Of a stretch of 64,000 bases of DNA, positions 45,501 to 59,900 are shown piece by piece (the first letter of the stretch is position 1; each line of letters begins with the position of its first letter). The translations under genes were made by a program, and so were the position numbers. The stretch is from the NCBI GenBank assembly GCA_964016885.1, contig OZ024754.1, positions 20,522,001 through 20,586,000 of the forward strand, written 5' to 3'. The notes beneath the pieces are model-generated. The model was given only the letters and a program-made list of their open reading frames with translations. It had not been told where the DNA came from and made no database searches. The stretch comes from Eledone cirrhosa (Eukaryota).

Positions 45501-48500
45501 CCATATTACCCTTGGTATTAACATAGAGTCCCTCCCATATTACCCTCGGTATTAACATAAGGACTCCCTCCCATATTACCCTGGGTATTCACATAGACTC
45601 CCTCCCATATTACCCTTGATATTAACATAGAAACTCCCTACCATATTACCCTTGGTATTAACATCGGGAATCCCTCCCATATTACCCTTGGTATTAACAT
45701 AGACTCCCTCCCATTTTAGCATTGGTATTAACATAGGGACTCCCTCCCATATTACCATTGGTATTAACATAGACTCCCTCCCATGTTAGCCTTGGTATTA
45801 ACATAGACTCCCTCCCATATTGCCCTTGGTATTAACATCAGGACTCCCTCCCATATTACCCTTGGTATTAACATAGACGCCCTCCCATTTTAGCATTGGT
45901 ATTAACATAGGGACTCCCTCCCATATTACCCTTGGTATTAACATAGACTCCCTCCCATATTACCCTTGGTATTAACATAGACTCCCTCCCACTTTAGCCT
46001 TGGTATTAATATAGACTCCCTCCCATATTAGCCTTGGTATTAACATAGACTCCCTCCCATATTAGCCTGGGTATTAACATAGGCTCCCTCCCATATTAAC
46101 CTTGGTATTAACATAGGGACTCCCTCCCATATTACCCTTGGTATTAACATAGACTCCCTTCCATATTACCCTTGGTATTAACATAGGGACTCCCTCCCGT
46201 ATTAGCCTGGGTATTAACATAGACTCCCTCCCATATTAGACTTGGTATTAACATAGACTCCCTCCCATATTAGCCTTGGTATTAACATAGACTCCCTCAC
46301 ATATTACCCTTGGTATTAACATAGAGACTCCCTACCATATTACCCTTGGTATTAACATAGGGACTCCCTCCCATATCACCCATGGTATTAACATAGGGAC
46401 TCCCTCCCATATTAGACATGGTATTATCATAGACTCCCTCCCATATTACCCTTGGTATTAACATAGACTCCCTCCCATATCAGACTGGGTATTAACATAG
46501 GGACTCCCACCCATATTAGACTTGGTATTAACATAGACTCCCTGCCATATTACCCTTTGTATTAACATAGACTACCTCCCATATTACCCTTGGTAATAAC
46601 ATAGACTCCTCCCATATTACCCTTGGTATTAACATAGAGACTCCCTCCCATATTACCCTTGGTATTAACATAGGGACTCCCTCCTATATTACCCTTAGTA
46701 TTAACATAGACTCCCTTCCATATTACCCTTGATATTAACATAGGGACTCCCTCCCATATTACCCTTGGTATTAACATAGAGACGCCCTCCCATATTACCC
46801 TTGGTATTAACATAGGGACACCCTCCCGTATTAGCCTGGGTATTAACATAGACTCCCTCCCATATTAGACTTGGTATTAACATAGACACCCTCCCATATT
46901 ACCCTTGGTATTAACATAGAAACTCCTTACCATATTACCCTTGGCATTAACATTGGGACTCCCTCCCATATTACCCTTGGTATTAACATAGACTCCCTCC
47001 CATATTACCCTTGGTATTAACATATACTCCCTCCCATATTGCCCTTGGTATTAACATCAGGAGTCCCTCCCATATTACCCTTGGTATTAACATAGACTCC
47101 CTCCCATTTTAGCATTGGTATTAACATAGGGACTCCCTCCCATATTACCCTTGGTATTAACATAGACTCCCTCCCATGTTAGCCTTGGTATTAACATAGA
47201 CTCCCTCCCATATTAGCCTTGGTATTAACATAGACTCCCTCCCATATTAACCTTGGTATTAACATAGGGACTCCCTCCCATATTACCCTTGGTATTAACA
47301 TAGACTCCCTCCCATATTACCCTTGGTATTAACATAGGGACTCCCTCCCGTATTAGCCTGGGTATTAACATAGACTCCCTCCCATATTAGACTTGGTATT
47401 AACATAGACTCCCTCCCATATTAGCCTTGGTATTAACATAGACTCCCTCCCATATTACCCTTGGTATTAACATAGAGACTCCCTACCATATTACCATTGG
47501 TATTAACATAGGGACTCCCTCCCATATTACCCATGGTATTAACATAGGGACTCCCTCCCATATTAGACATGGTATTAACATAGACTCCCTCCCATATTAC
47601 CCTTGGTATTAACATAGACTCCCTCCCATATTAGACTGGGTATTAACATAGGGACTCCCACCCATATTAGACTTGGTATTAACATAGACTCCCTGCCATA
47701 TTACCCTTTGTATTAACATAGACTACCTCCCATATTACCCTTTGGTATTAACATAGACTCCTCCCATATTACCCTTGGTATTAACATAGGGACTCCCTTC
47801 TATATTACCCTTAGTATTAACATAGACTCCGTCCCATATTACACTCGGTATTAACATAAGGACTCCCTCCCATATTACCGTTGGTATTAACATCGGGACT
47901 CCCTCCCATATTACCCTTGGTATTAACACAGACTCCCTCCCATTTTAGCATTGGTATTAACATAGGGACTCCCTCCCATATTACCATTGGTATTAACATA
48001 GACTCCCTCTCATGTTAGCCTTGGTATTAACATAGACTCCCTCCCATATTAGACTTGGTATTAACATAGGGACTCCCTTACATATTACCATTGGTATTAA
48101 CATAGACTCCCTCCCATGTTAGCCTTGGTATTAACATAGACTCCCTCCCATATTAGACTTGGTATTAACATAGGGACTCCCTCCCATATTAGACTTGGTA
48201 TTAACATAGACTCCCTCCCATATTAGACTTGGCATTAACATAGACTGCCTCCCATATTAGCCTTGGTATTACCATAGACTCCCTCCCATATTACCCTTGG
48301 TATTAACATAGACTCCCTCCCATATTACCCTTGGTATTAAGATAGGGACTCCCTCCCATATTACCCTTGGTATTAACATAGGGACTCCCTCACATATTAC
48401 CCTTGGTATTAACATAGACTCCCTCCCATATTACCCTTGGTATTAACATAGAGTCCCTCCCATATTACCCTTGGTATTAACATAGGGACTCCCTCCCGTA

Positions 48501-51500
48501 TTAGCCTGGGTATTAACATAGACTCCCTCCCATATTAGACTTGGTATTAACATAGACTCCCTCCCATATTAGCCTTGGTATTAACATGGACTCCCTCACA
48601 TATTACCCTTGGTATTAACATAGAGACTCCCTACCATATTACCCTTGGTATTAACATAGGGACTCCCTCCCATATCACCCATGGTATTAACATAGGGACT
48701 CCCTCCCATATTAGACATGGTATTATCATAGACTCCCTCCCATATTACCCTTGGTATTAACATAGACTCCCTCCCATATTAGACTGGGTATTAACATAGG
48801 GACTCCCACCCATATTAGACTTGGTATTAACATAGACTCCCTGCCATATTACCCTTTGTATTAACATAGACTACCTCCCATATTACCCTTGGTATTAACA
48901 TAGACCCCTCCCATATTACCCTTGGTATTAACATAGAGACTCCCTCCCATATTACCCTTGGTATTAACATAGGGACTCCCTCCTATATTACCCTTAGTAT
49001 TAACATAGACTCCCTTCCATATTACCCTTGGTATTAACATAGGGACTCCCTCCCATATTACCCTTGGTATTAACATAGAGACGCCCTCCCATATTACCCT
49101 TGGTATTAACATAGGGACACCCTCCCGTATTAGCCTGGGTATTAACATAGACTCCCTCCCATATTAGACTTGGTATTAACATAGACTCCCTCCCATATTA
49201 CCCTGGGTATTCACATAGACTCCCTCCCATATTACCCTTGGTATTAACATAGAAACTCCCTACCATATTACCCTTGGCATTAACATTGGGACTCCCTCCC
49301 ATATTACCCTTGGTATTAACATAGACTCCCTCCCATTTTAGCATTGGTATTAACATAGGGACTCCCTCCCATATTACCCTTGGTATTAACATAGACTCCC
49401 TCCCATGTTAGCCTTGGTATTAACATATACTCCCTCCCATATTGCCCTTGGTATTAACATCAGGAGTCCCTCCAATATTACCCTTGGTATTAACATAGAC
49501 TCCCTCCCATTTTAGCATTGGTATTAACATAGGGACTCCCTCCCATATTACCCTTGGTATTAACATAGACTCCCTCCCATGTTAGCCTTGGTATTAACAT
49601 AGACTCCCTCCCATATTAGCCTTGGTATTAACATAGACTCCCTCCCATATTAACCTTGGTATTAACATAGGGACTCCCTCCCATATTACCCTTGGTATTA
49701 ACATAGACTCCCTCCCATATTACCCTTGGTATTAACATAGGGACTCCCTCCCGTATTAGCCTGGGTATTAACATAGACTCCCTCCCATATTAGACTTGGT
49801 ATTAACATAGACTCCCTCCCATATTAGCCTTGGTATTAACATAGACTCCCTCCCATATTACCCTTGGTATTAACATAGAGACTCCCTACCATATTACCAT
49901 TGGTATTAACATAGGGACTCCCTCCCATATTACCCATGGTATTAACATAGGGATTCCCTCCCATATTAGACATGGTATTAACATAGACTCCCTCCCATAT
50001 TACCCTTGGTATTAACATAGACTCCCTCCCATATTAGACTGGGTATTAACATAGGGACTCCCACCCATATTAGACTTGGTATTAACATAGACTCCCTGCC
50101 ATATTACCCTTGGTATTAACATAGACTCCTCCCATATTACCCTTGGTATTAACATAGAGACTCCCTCCCATATTACCCTTGGTATTAACATAGGGACTCC
50201 CTTCTATATTACCCTTAGTATTAACATAGACTCCGTCCCATATTACACTCGGTATTAACATAAGGACTCCCTCCCATATTACCCTTGGTATTAACATCGG
50301 GACTCCCTCCCATATTACCCTTGGTATTAACACAGACTCCCTCCCATTTTAGCATTGGTATTAACATAGGGACTCCCTCCCATATTACCATTGGTATTAA
50401 CATAGACTCCCTCCCATGTTAGCCTTGGTATTAACATAGACTCCCTCCCATATTAGACTTGGTATTAACATAGGGACTCCCTCACATATTACCATTGGTA
50501 TTAACATAGACTCCCTCCCATGTTAGCCTTGGTATTAACATAGACTCCCTCCCATATTAGACTTGGTATTAACATAGGGACTCCCTCCCATATTAGACTT
50601 GGTATTAACATAGACTCCCTCCCATATGAGACTTGGCATTAACATAGACTGCCTCCCATATTAGCCTTGGTATTACCATAGACTCCCTCCCATATTACCC
50701 TTGGTATTAACATAGACTCCCTCCCATATTACCCTTGGTATTAAGATAGGGACTCCCTCCCATATTACCCTTGGTATTAACATAGGGACTCCCTCACATA
50801 TTACCCTTGGTATTAACATAGACTCCCTCCCATGTTAGCCTTGGTATTAACATAGACTCCCTCCCATATTAGCCTTGGTATTAACATAGACTCCCTCCCA
50901 TATTAGCCTGGGTATTAACATAGGCTCCCTCCCATATTAACCTTGGTATTAACATAGGGACTCCCTCCCATATTACCCTTGGTATTAACATAGAGTCCCT
51001 CCCATATTACCCTTGGTATTAACATAGGGACTCCCTCCCGTATTAGCCTGGGTATTAACATAGACTCCCTCCCATATTAGACTTGGTATTAACATAGACT
51101 CCCTCCCATATTAGCCTTGGTATTAACATGGACTCCCTCACATATTACCCTTGGTATTAACATAGAGACTCCCTACCATATTACCCTTGGTATTAACATA
51201 GGGACTCCCTCCCATATCACCCATGGTATTAACATAGGGACTCCCTCCCATATTAGACATGGTATTATCATAGACTCCCTCCCATATTACCCTTGGTATT
51301 AACATAGACTCCCTCCCATATTAGACTGGGTATTAACATAGGGACTCCCACCCATATTAGACTTGGTATTAACATAGACTCCCTGCCATATTACCCTTTG
51401 TATTAACATAGACTACCTCCCATATTACCCTTGGTATTAACATAGACCCCTCCCATATTACCCTTGGTATTAACATAGAGACTCCCTCCCATATTACCCT

Positions 51501-54500
51501 TGGTATTAACATAGGGACTCCCTCCTATATTACCCTTAGTATTAACATAGACTCCCTTCCATATTACCCTTGGTATTAACATAGGGACTCCCTCCCATAT
51601 TACCCTTGGTATTAACATAGAGACGCCCTCCCATATTACCCTTGGTATTAACATAGGGACACCCTCCCGTATTAGCCTGGGTATTAACATAGACTCCCTC
51701 CCATATTAGACTTGGTATTAACATAGACTCCCTCCCATATTACCCTGGGTATTCACATAGACTCCCTCCCATATTACCCTTGGTATTAACATAGAAACTC
51801 CCTACCATATTACCCTTGGTATTAACATTGGGACTCCCTCCCATATTACCCTTGGTATTAACATAGACTCCCTCCCATTTTAGCATTGGTATTAACATAG
51901 GGACTCCCTCCCATATTACTCTTGGTATTAACATAGACTCCCTCCCATGTTAGCCTTGGTATTAACATATACTCCTTCCCATATTGCCCTTGGTATTAAC
52001 ATCAGGAGTCCCTCCCATATTACCCTTGGTATTAACATAGACTCCCTCCCATTTTAGCATTGGTATTAACATAGGGACTCCCTCCCATATTACCCTTGGT
52101 ATTAACAGAGACTCCCTCCCATGTTAGCCTTGGTATTAACATAGACTCCCTCCCATATTAGCCTTGGTATTAACATAGACTCCCTCCCATATTAACCTTG
52201 GTATTAACATAGACTCCCTCCCATATTAGACTTGGTATTAACATAGACTCCCTCCCATATTAGCCTTGGTATTAACATAGACTCCCTCCCATATTACCCT
52301 TGGTATTAACATAGAGACTCCCTACCATATTACCATTGGTATTAACATAGGGACTCCCTCCCATATTACCCATGGTATTAACATAGGGACTCCCTCCCAT
52401 ATTAGACATGGTATTAACATAGACTCCCTCCCATATTACCCTTGGTATTAACATAAACTCCCTCCCATATTAGACTGGGTATTAACATAGGGCTCCCACC
52501 CATATTAGACTTGGTATTAACATAGACTCCCTGCCATATTACCCTTTGTATTAACATAGACTACCTCCCATATTACCCTTGGTATTAACATAGACACCTC
52601 CCATATTACCCTTGGTATTAACATAGAGACTCCCTCCCATATTAGCCTTGGTATTAACATAGACTCCTCCCATATTACTCTTGGTATTAACATAGACTCC
52701 CTCCCATATTACCCTTGGTATTAACATAGACTCCCTCCCATATTAGCCTGGGTATTAACATAGGCTCCCTCCCATATTAACCTTGGTATTAACATAGGGA
52801 CTCCCTCCCATATTACCCTTGGTATTAACATAGACTCCCTCCCATATTACCCTTGGTATTAACATAGGGACTCCCTCCCGTATTAGCCTGGGTATTAACA
52901 TAGACTCCCTCCCATATTAGACTTGGTATTAACATAGACTCCCTCCCATATTAGCCTTGGTATTAACATAGACTCCCTCACATATTACCCTTGGTATTAA
53001 CATAGAGACTCCCTACCACATTACCCTTGGTATTAACATAGGGACTCCCTCCCATATCACCCATGGTATTAACATAGGGACTCCCTCCCATATTAGACAT
53101 GGTATTATCATAGACTCCCTCCCATATTACCCTTGGTATTAACATAGACTCCCTCCCATATTAGACTGGGTATTAACATAGGGACTCCCACCCATATTAG
53201 ACTTGGTATTAACATAGACTCCCTGCCATATTACCCTTTGTATTAACATAGACTACCTCCCATATTACCCTTGGTATTAACATAGACTCCTCCCATATTA
53301 CCCTTGGTATTAACATAGAGACTCCCTCCCATATTACCCTTGGTATTAACATAGGGACTCCCTCCTATATTACCCTTAGTATTAACATAGACTCCGTCCC
53401 ATATTACACTCGGTATTAACATAAGGACTCCCTCCCATATTACCCTTGGTATTAACATCGGGACTCCCTCCCATATTACCCTTGGTATTAACACAGACTC
53501 CCTCCCATTTTAGCATTGGTATTAACATAGGGACTCCCTCCCATATTACCATTGGTATTAACATAGACTCCCTCCCATGTTAGCCTTGGTATTAACATAG
53601 ACTCCCTCCCATATTAGACTTGGTATTAACATAGGGACTCCCTCACATATTACCATTGGTAATAACATAGACTCCCTCCCATGTTAGCCTTGGTATTAAC
53701 ATAGACTCCCTCCCATATTAGACTTGGTATTAACATAGGGACTCCCTCCCATATTAGACTTGGTATTAACATAGACTCCCTCCCATATTAGACTTGGCAT
53801 TAACATAGACTGCCTCCCATATTAGCCTTGGTATTACCATAGACTCCCTCCCATATTACCCTTGGTATTAACATAGACTCCCTCCCATATTACCCTTGGT
53901 ATTAAGATAGGGACTCCCTCCCATATTACCCTTGGTATTAACATAGGGACTCCCTCACATATTAGCCTTGGTATTAACATAGACTACTCCCATATTACTC
54001 TTGGTATTAACATAGACTCCCTCCCATATTACCCTTGGTATTAACATAGACTCCCTCCCATGTTAGCCTTGGTATTAACAGAGACTCCCTCCCATATTAC
54101 CCTTGGTATTAACATAGACTCCTTCCCATATTAGCCTGGGTATTAACATCGGGACTCCCTCTCATATTACCCTTGGTATTAACATAGACTCTCTCCCATT
54201 GTAGCATTGGTATTAACATAGGGACTCCCTCCCATATTACCCTTGGTATTAACATAGACTCCCTCCCATATTACCCTTGGTATTAACATAGAGACTCCCT
54301 ACCATATTACCATTGGTATTAACATCAGGACTCCCCCCCATACTACCCTCGGTATTAACATAGACCCCCTCCCATTTTTGCATTGGTATTAACATAGGGA
54401 CTCCCTCCAATATTACCCTTGGTATTAACAAAGACTCCCTCCCATATTACCCTTGGTATTAACATAGACTCCCTCCCATGTTAGCCTTGGTATTAACATA

Positions 54501-56900
54501 GACTCCCTCCCATATTAGCCTTGGTATTAACATAGACTCCCTCCCATATTAGCCTGGGTATTAACATGGACTCCCTCCCATATTAACCTTGGTATTAACA
54601 TAGGGACTCCCTCCCATATTACCCTTGGTATTAACATAGACTCCCTCCTATATTACCCTTGGTATTAACATAGGGACTCCCTCCCGTATTAGCCTGAGTA
54701 TTAACATAGACTCCCTCCCATATTAGACTTGGTATTAACATAGACTCCCTCCCATATTAGCCTTGGTATTAACATAGACTTCCTCCCATATTACCCTTGG
54801 TATTAACATAGGGACTCCCTTCCATATTAGCCTTGGTATTAACATAGAGACACCCTCCCAATATTACCCTTGGTATTAACATAGACTCCCTCCCATGTTA
54901 CCCTTGGTATTAACATAGACTCCCTCCCATATTAGACTGGGTATTAACATAGGGACTCCCACCCATATTAGACTTGGTATTAACATAGACTCCCTGCCAT
55001 ATTACCCTTTGTATTAACATAGACTACCTCTCATATTACCCTCGGTATTAACATAGACCCCTCCCATATTACCCTTGGTATTAACATAGAGACTCCCTCC
55101 CATATTACCCTTGGTATTAACATAGGGACTCCCTCCTATATTACCCTTAGTATTAACATAGACTCCCTTCCATATTACCCTTGGTATTAACATAGGGACT
55201 CCCTCCCATATTACCCTTGGTATTAACATAGAGACGCCCTCCCATATTACCCTTGGTATTAACATAGGGACACCCTCCCTTATTAGCCTGGGTATTAACA
55301 TAGACTCCCTCCCATATTAGACTTGGTATTAACATAGACTCCCTCCCATATTACCCTGGGTATTCACATAGACTCCCTCCCATATTACCCTTGGTATTAA
55401 CATAGAAACTCCCTACCATATTACCCTTGGTATTAACATTGGGACTCCCTCCCATATTTCCCTTGGTATTAACATAGACTCCCTCCCATTTCAGCATTGG
55501 TATTAACATAGGGACTCCCTCCCATATTACCCTTGGTATTAATATAGACTCCCTCCCATGTTAGCCTTGGTATTAACATATACTCCCTCCCATATTGCCC
55601 TTGGTATTAACATCAGGAGTCCCTCCCATATTACCCTTGGTATTAACATAGACTCCCTCCCATTTTAGCATTGGTATTAACATAGGGACTCCCTCCCATA
55701 TTACCCTTGGTATTAACATAGACTCCCTCCCATGTTAGCCTTGGTATTAACATAGACTCCCTCCCATATTACCCTTGGTATTAACATAGACTCCCTCCCA
55801 TATTACCCTTGGTATTAACATAGGGACTCCCTCCCGTATTAGCCTGGGTATTAACATAGACTCCCTCCCATATTAGACTTGGTATTAACATAGGCTCCCT
55901 CCCATATTAGCCTTGGTATTAACATAGACTCCCTCCCATATTACCCTTGGTATTAACATAGAGACTCCCTACCATATTACCATTGGTATTAACATAGGGA
56001 CTCCCTCCCATATTACCCATGGTATTAACATAGGGACTCCCTCCCATATTAGACATGGTATTAACATAGACTCCCTCCCATATTACCCTTGGTATTAACA
56101 TAGACTCCCTCCCATATTAGACTGGGTATTAACATAGGGACTCCCACCCATATTAGACTTGGTATTAACATAGACTCCCTGCCATATTACCCTTTGTATT
56201 AACATAGACTACCTCCCATATTACCCTTGGTATTAACATAGACTCCTCCCATATTACACTCGGTATTAACATAAGGACTCCCTCCCATATTACCCTTGGT
56301 ATTAACATCGGGACTCCCTCCCATATTACCCTTGGTATTAACACAGACTCCCTCCCATTTTAGCATTGGTATTAACATAGGGACTCCCTCCCATATTACC
56401 ATTGGTATTAACATAGACTCCCTCCCATGTTAGCCTTGGTATTAACATAGACTCCCTCCCATATTAGACTTGGTATTAACATAGGGACTCCCTCACATAT
56501 TACCATTGGTATTAACATAGACTCCCTCCCATGTTAGCCTTGGTATTAACATAGACTCCCTCCCATATTAGACTTGGTATTAACATAGGGACTCCCTCCC
56601 ATATTAGACTTGGTATTAACATAGACTCCCTCCCATATTAGACTTGGCATTAACATAGACTGCCTCCCATATTAGCCTTGGTATTACCATAGACTCCCTC
56701 CCATATTACCCTTGGTATTAACATAGACTCCCTCCCATATTACCCTTGGTATTAAGATAGGGACTCCCTCCCATATTACCCTTGGTATTAACATAGGGAC
56801 TCCCTCACATATTAGCCTTGGTATTAACATAGACTCCTCCCATATTACTCTTGGTATTAACATAGACTCCCTCCCATATTACTCTCGGTATTAACATAGG
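45500..56900. repeat. Array domain E: ~2.3-2.5 kb higher-order repeat with rearranged copies (boundaries approximate)
   Basis: ORF pairs at offset 2542 (48575/51117, 48861/51403, 49198/51740), 2299 (46562/48861) and 2403 (47433/49836). Markers: cccgtattagcctggg, agactggg...gactcccacc, attaagatag. Confidence 0.82.
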
Positions 56901-59900
56901 GACTCCCTCCCATATTAGCCTGGGTATTAACATAGACTCCCTCCCATATTACCCTTGGTATTAACATAGACTCCCTCCCATATTAGCCTTGGTATTAACA
57001 GACTCCCTCCCATATTAACCTTGGTATTAACATAGGGACTACCTCCCATATTACCCTTGGTATTAACATAGGGACTACCTCCCATATTACCCTTGGTATT
57101 AACATAGACTCCCTCCCATATTACCCTTGGTTTTAACATAGGGACTCCCTCCCATATTAGCCTTTGATTTAACATAGCGACACCCTCCCAATATTACCCT
57201 TGTTATTAACATAGGCTCCCTCCCATATTACCCTTGGTATTAACATAGGGACTCCCTCCCATATTACCCTTGGTATTAACATCGGGACTCCCTCTCATAT
57301 TACCCTTGGTATTAACATAGACTCTCTCCCATTGTAGCATTGGTATTAACATAGGGACTCCCTCCCATATTACCCTTGTTATTAACATAGACTCCCTCCC
57401 ATATTACCCTTGGTATTAACATAGAGACTCCCTACCATATTACCATTGGTATTAACATCAGGACTCCCCCCCATACTACCCTCGGTATTAACATAGACTC
57501 CCTCCCATTTTTGCATTGGTATTAACATAGGGACTCCCTCCAATATTACCCTTGGTATTAACAAAGACTCCCTCCCATATTACCCTTGGTATTAACATAG
57601 ACTCCCTCCCATGTTAGCCTTGGCATTAACATAGACTCCCTCCCATATTAGCCTTGATATTAACATAGACTCCCTCCCATATTAGCCTTGGTATTAACAT
57701 AGACATCCTCCCATATTAGCCTGGGTATTAACATGGACTCCCTCCCATATTAACCTTGGTATTAACATAGGGACTCCCTCCCATATTACCCTTGGTATTA
57801 ACATAGACTCCCTCCCATATTACCCTTGGTATTAACATAGGGACTCCCTCCCGTATTAGCCTGAGTATTAACATAGACTCCCTCCCATATTAGACTTGGT
57901 ATTAACATAGACTCCCTCCCATATTAGCCTTGGTATTAACATAGACTTCCTCCCATATTACCCTTGGTATTAACATAGGGACTCCCTCCCATATTAGCCT
58001 TGGTATTAACATAGAGACACCCTCCCAATATTACCCTTGTTATTAACATAGACTCCCTCCCATATTACCCTTGGTATTAACATAGGGTCTCCCTCCCATA
58101 TTACCCTGGGTATTAACATAGGGACTCCCTCCCATATTACCCTTGGTATTAACATAGGGACTCCCTCCCATATTAGACATGGTATTAACATAGACTCCCT
58201 CCCATATTACCCTTGGTATTAACATAGACTCCCTCCCATATTAGACTTGGTATTAACATAGGGACTCCCTCCCATATTAGACTTGGTATTAACATAGACT
58301 CCCTCCCATATTACCCTTTGTATTAACATAGACTCCCTCCCATATTACCCTTGGTATTAACATAGACTCCTCCCATATTACCCTTGGTATTAACATAGAG
58401 ACTCCCCCCATATTACCCTTGGTATTAACATAGGGACTCCCTCCTATATTACCCTTAGTATTAACATAGACTCCCTTCCATATTACCCTTGGTATTAACA
58501 TAGGGACTCCCTCACATATTACCGTTGGTATTAACATAGAGACGCCCTCCCATATTACCATTGGTATTAACATAGACTCCTCCCATATTACCCTTGGTAT
58601 TAACATAGACTCCCTCCCATATTACCCTTGGTATTAATATAGAGACTCCGCCCCCCTTATTACCCTTGGTATTAACATAGACTCCCTCCCATATTGCCCT
58701 TGGTATTAACTTAGGGACTCCCTCCCATATTACCCTTGGTGTTAACATAGACTCCCTCACATATTACCCTTGGTATTAACATAGACTCCCTCACATATTA
58801 CCCTTGGTGTTAACATAGACTCCCTCCCATATTACCATTGGTATTAACATAGGTACTCCCTCCCATATTAGCCTTGGTATTAACATAGACTCCCTCCCAT
58901 ATTACCCTTGGTATTAACATAGACTCCCTCCCATATTAGCCTTGGTACTAACATAGACTCCCTCCCATGTTAGACTTGGTATTAACATAGACTCCCTCCC
59001 ATATTACCCTTGGTATTAACATAGACTTACTCCCATATTACCCTTGGTATTAACATAGACTCCCTCCCATATTACCCTTGGTATTAACATAGGGACTCCC
59101 TCCCATATTACCCTTGGTATTAACATAGACCACCCCCCATATTACCCTTGGTATTAACATAGACTCCCTCCCATATTACCCTTGGTATTAACATAGACTC
59201 CTTCACATATTACCCTTGGTATTAACATAGACTTCCTCCCATATTACCCTTGGTATTAACATAGGGACCCCCTCCCATATTACCCTTGGTATTAACATAG
59301 AGACCCCCCCAATATTACCCTTGGTATTAACATAGACTCCCTCCCATATTACCCTTGGTATTAACATAGACTCCATCCCATATTACCCTTGGTATTCACA
59401 TAGACTCCCTCACATATTACCCTTGGTGTTAACATAGACTCCCTCCCATATTACCGTTGGTATTAACATAGGGACTCCCTCCCATATTAGCCTTGGTATT
59501 AACATAGACTCCCTCCCAAATTAGCCTTAGTATTTACAGAGACTCCCTCCCATATTACCCTTGGTATTAACATAGACTCCCTCCCATATTAGCCTTGGTA
59601 TTAACATAGACTCCCTCCCATATTGCCCTTGGCATTAACATAGACTCCCTTCCATATTACCCTTGGTATTAACATAGACTCACTCCCATATTAGACTTGG
59701 TATTAACATAGGGACTCCCTCCCATATTAGACTTGGTATTAACATAGACTGCCTCCCATATTAGACTTGGTATTAACATAGACTGCCTCCCATATTAGCC
59801 TTGGTATTAACATAGACTCCCTCCCATATTACCCTTGGTATTAACATAGACTCCCTCCCATGTTAGCCTTGGTATTAACATAGACTCCCTCCCATATTAC

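Noticed and set aside
48575-51302. Two plus-strand 61-aa ORFs
   Set aside because: Chance loss of a stop (catag to catgg) copied by the 2542-bp duplication; the sequence is still pure repeat.
58711-58716. TTAGGG telomeric hexamer (also 63291) and TTACCC in the monomer
   Set aside because: TTAGGG arises from a single substitution in cATAGGG and is not tandem. TTACCC is not the CCCTAA telomere repeat.
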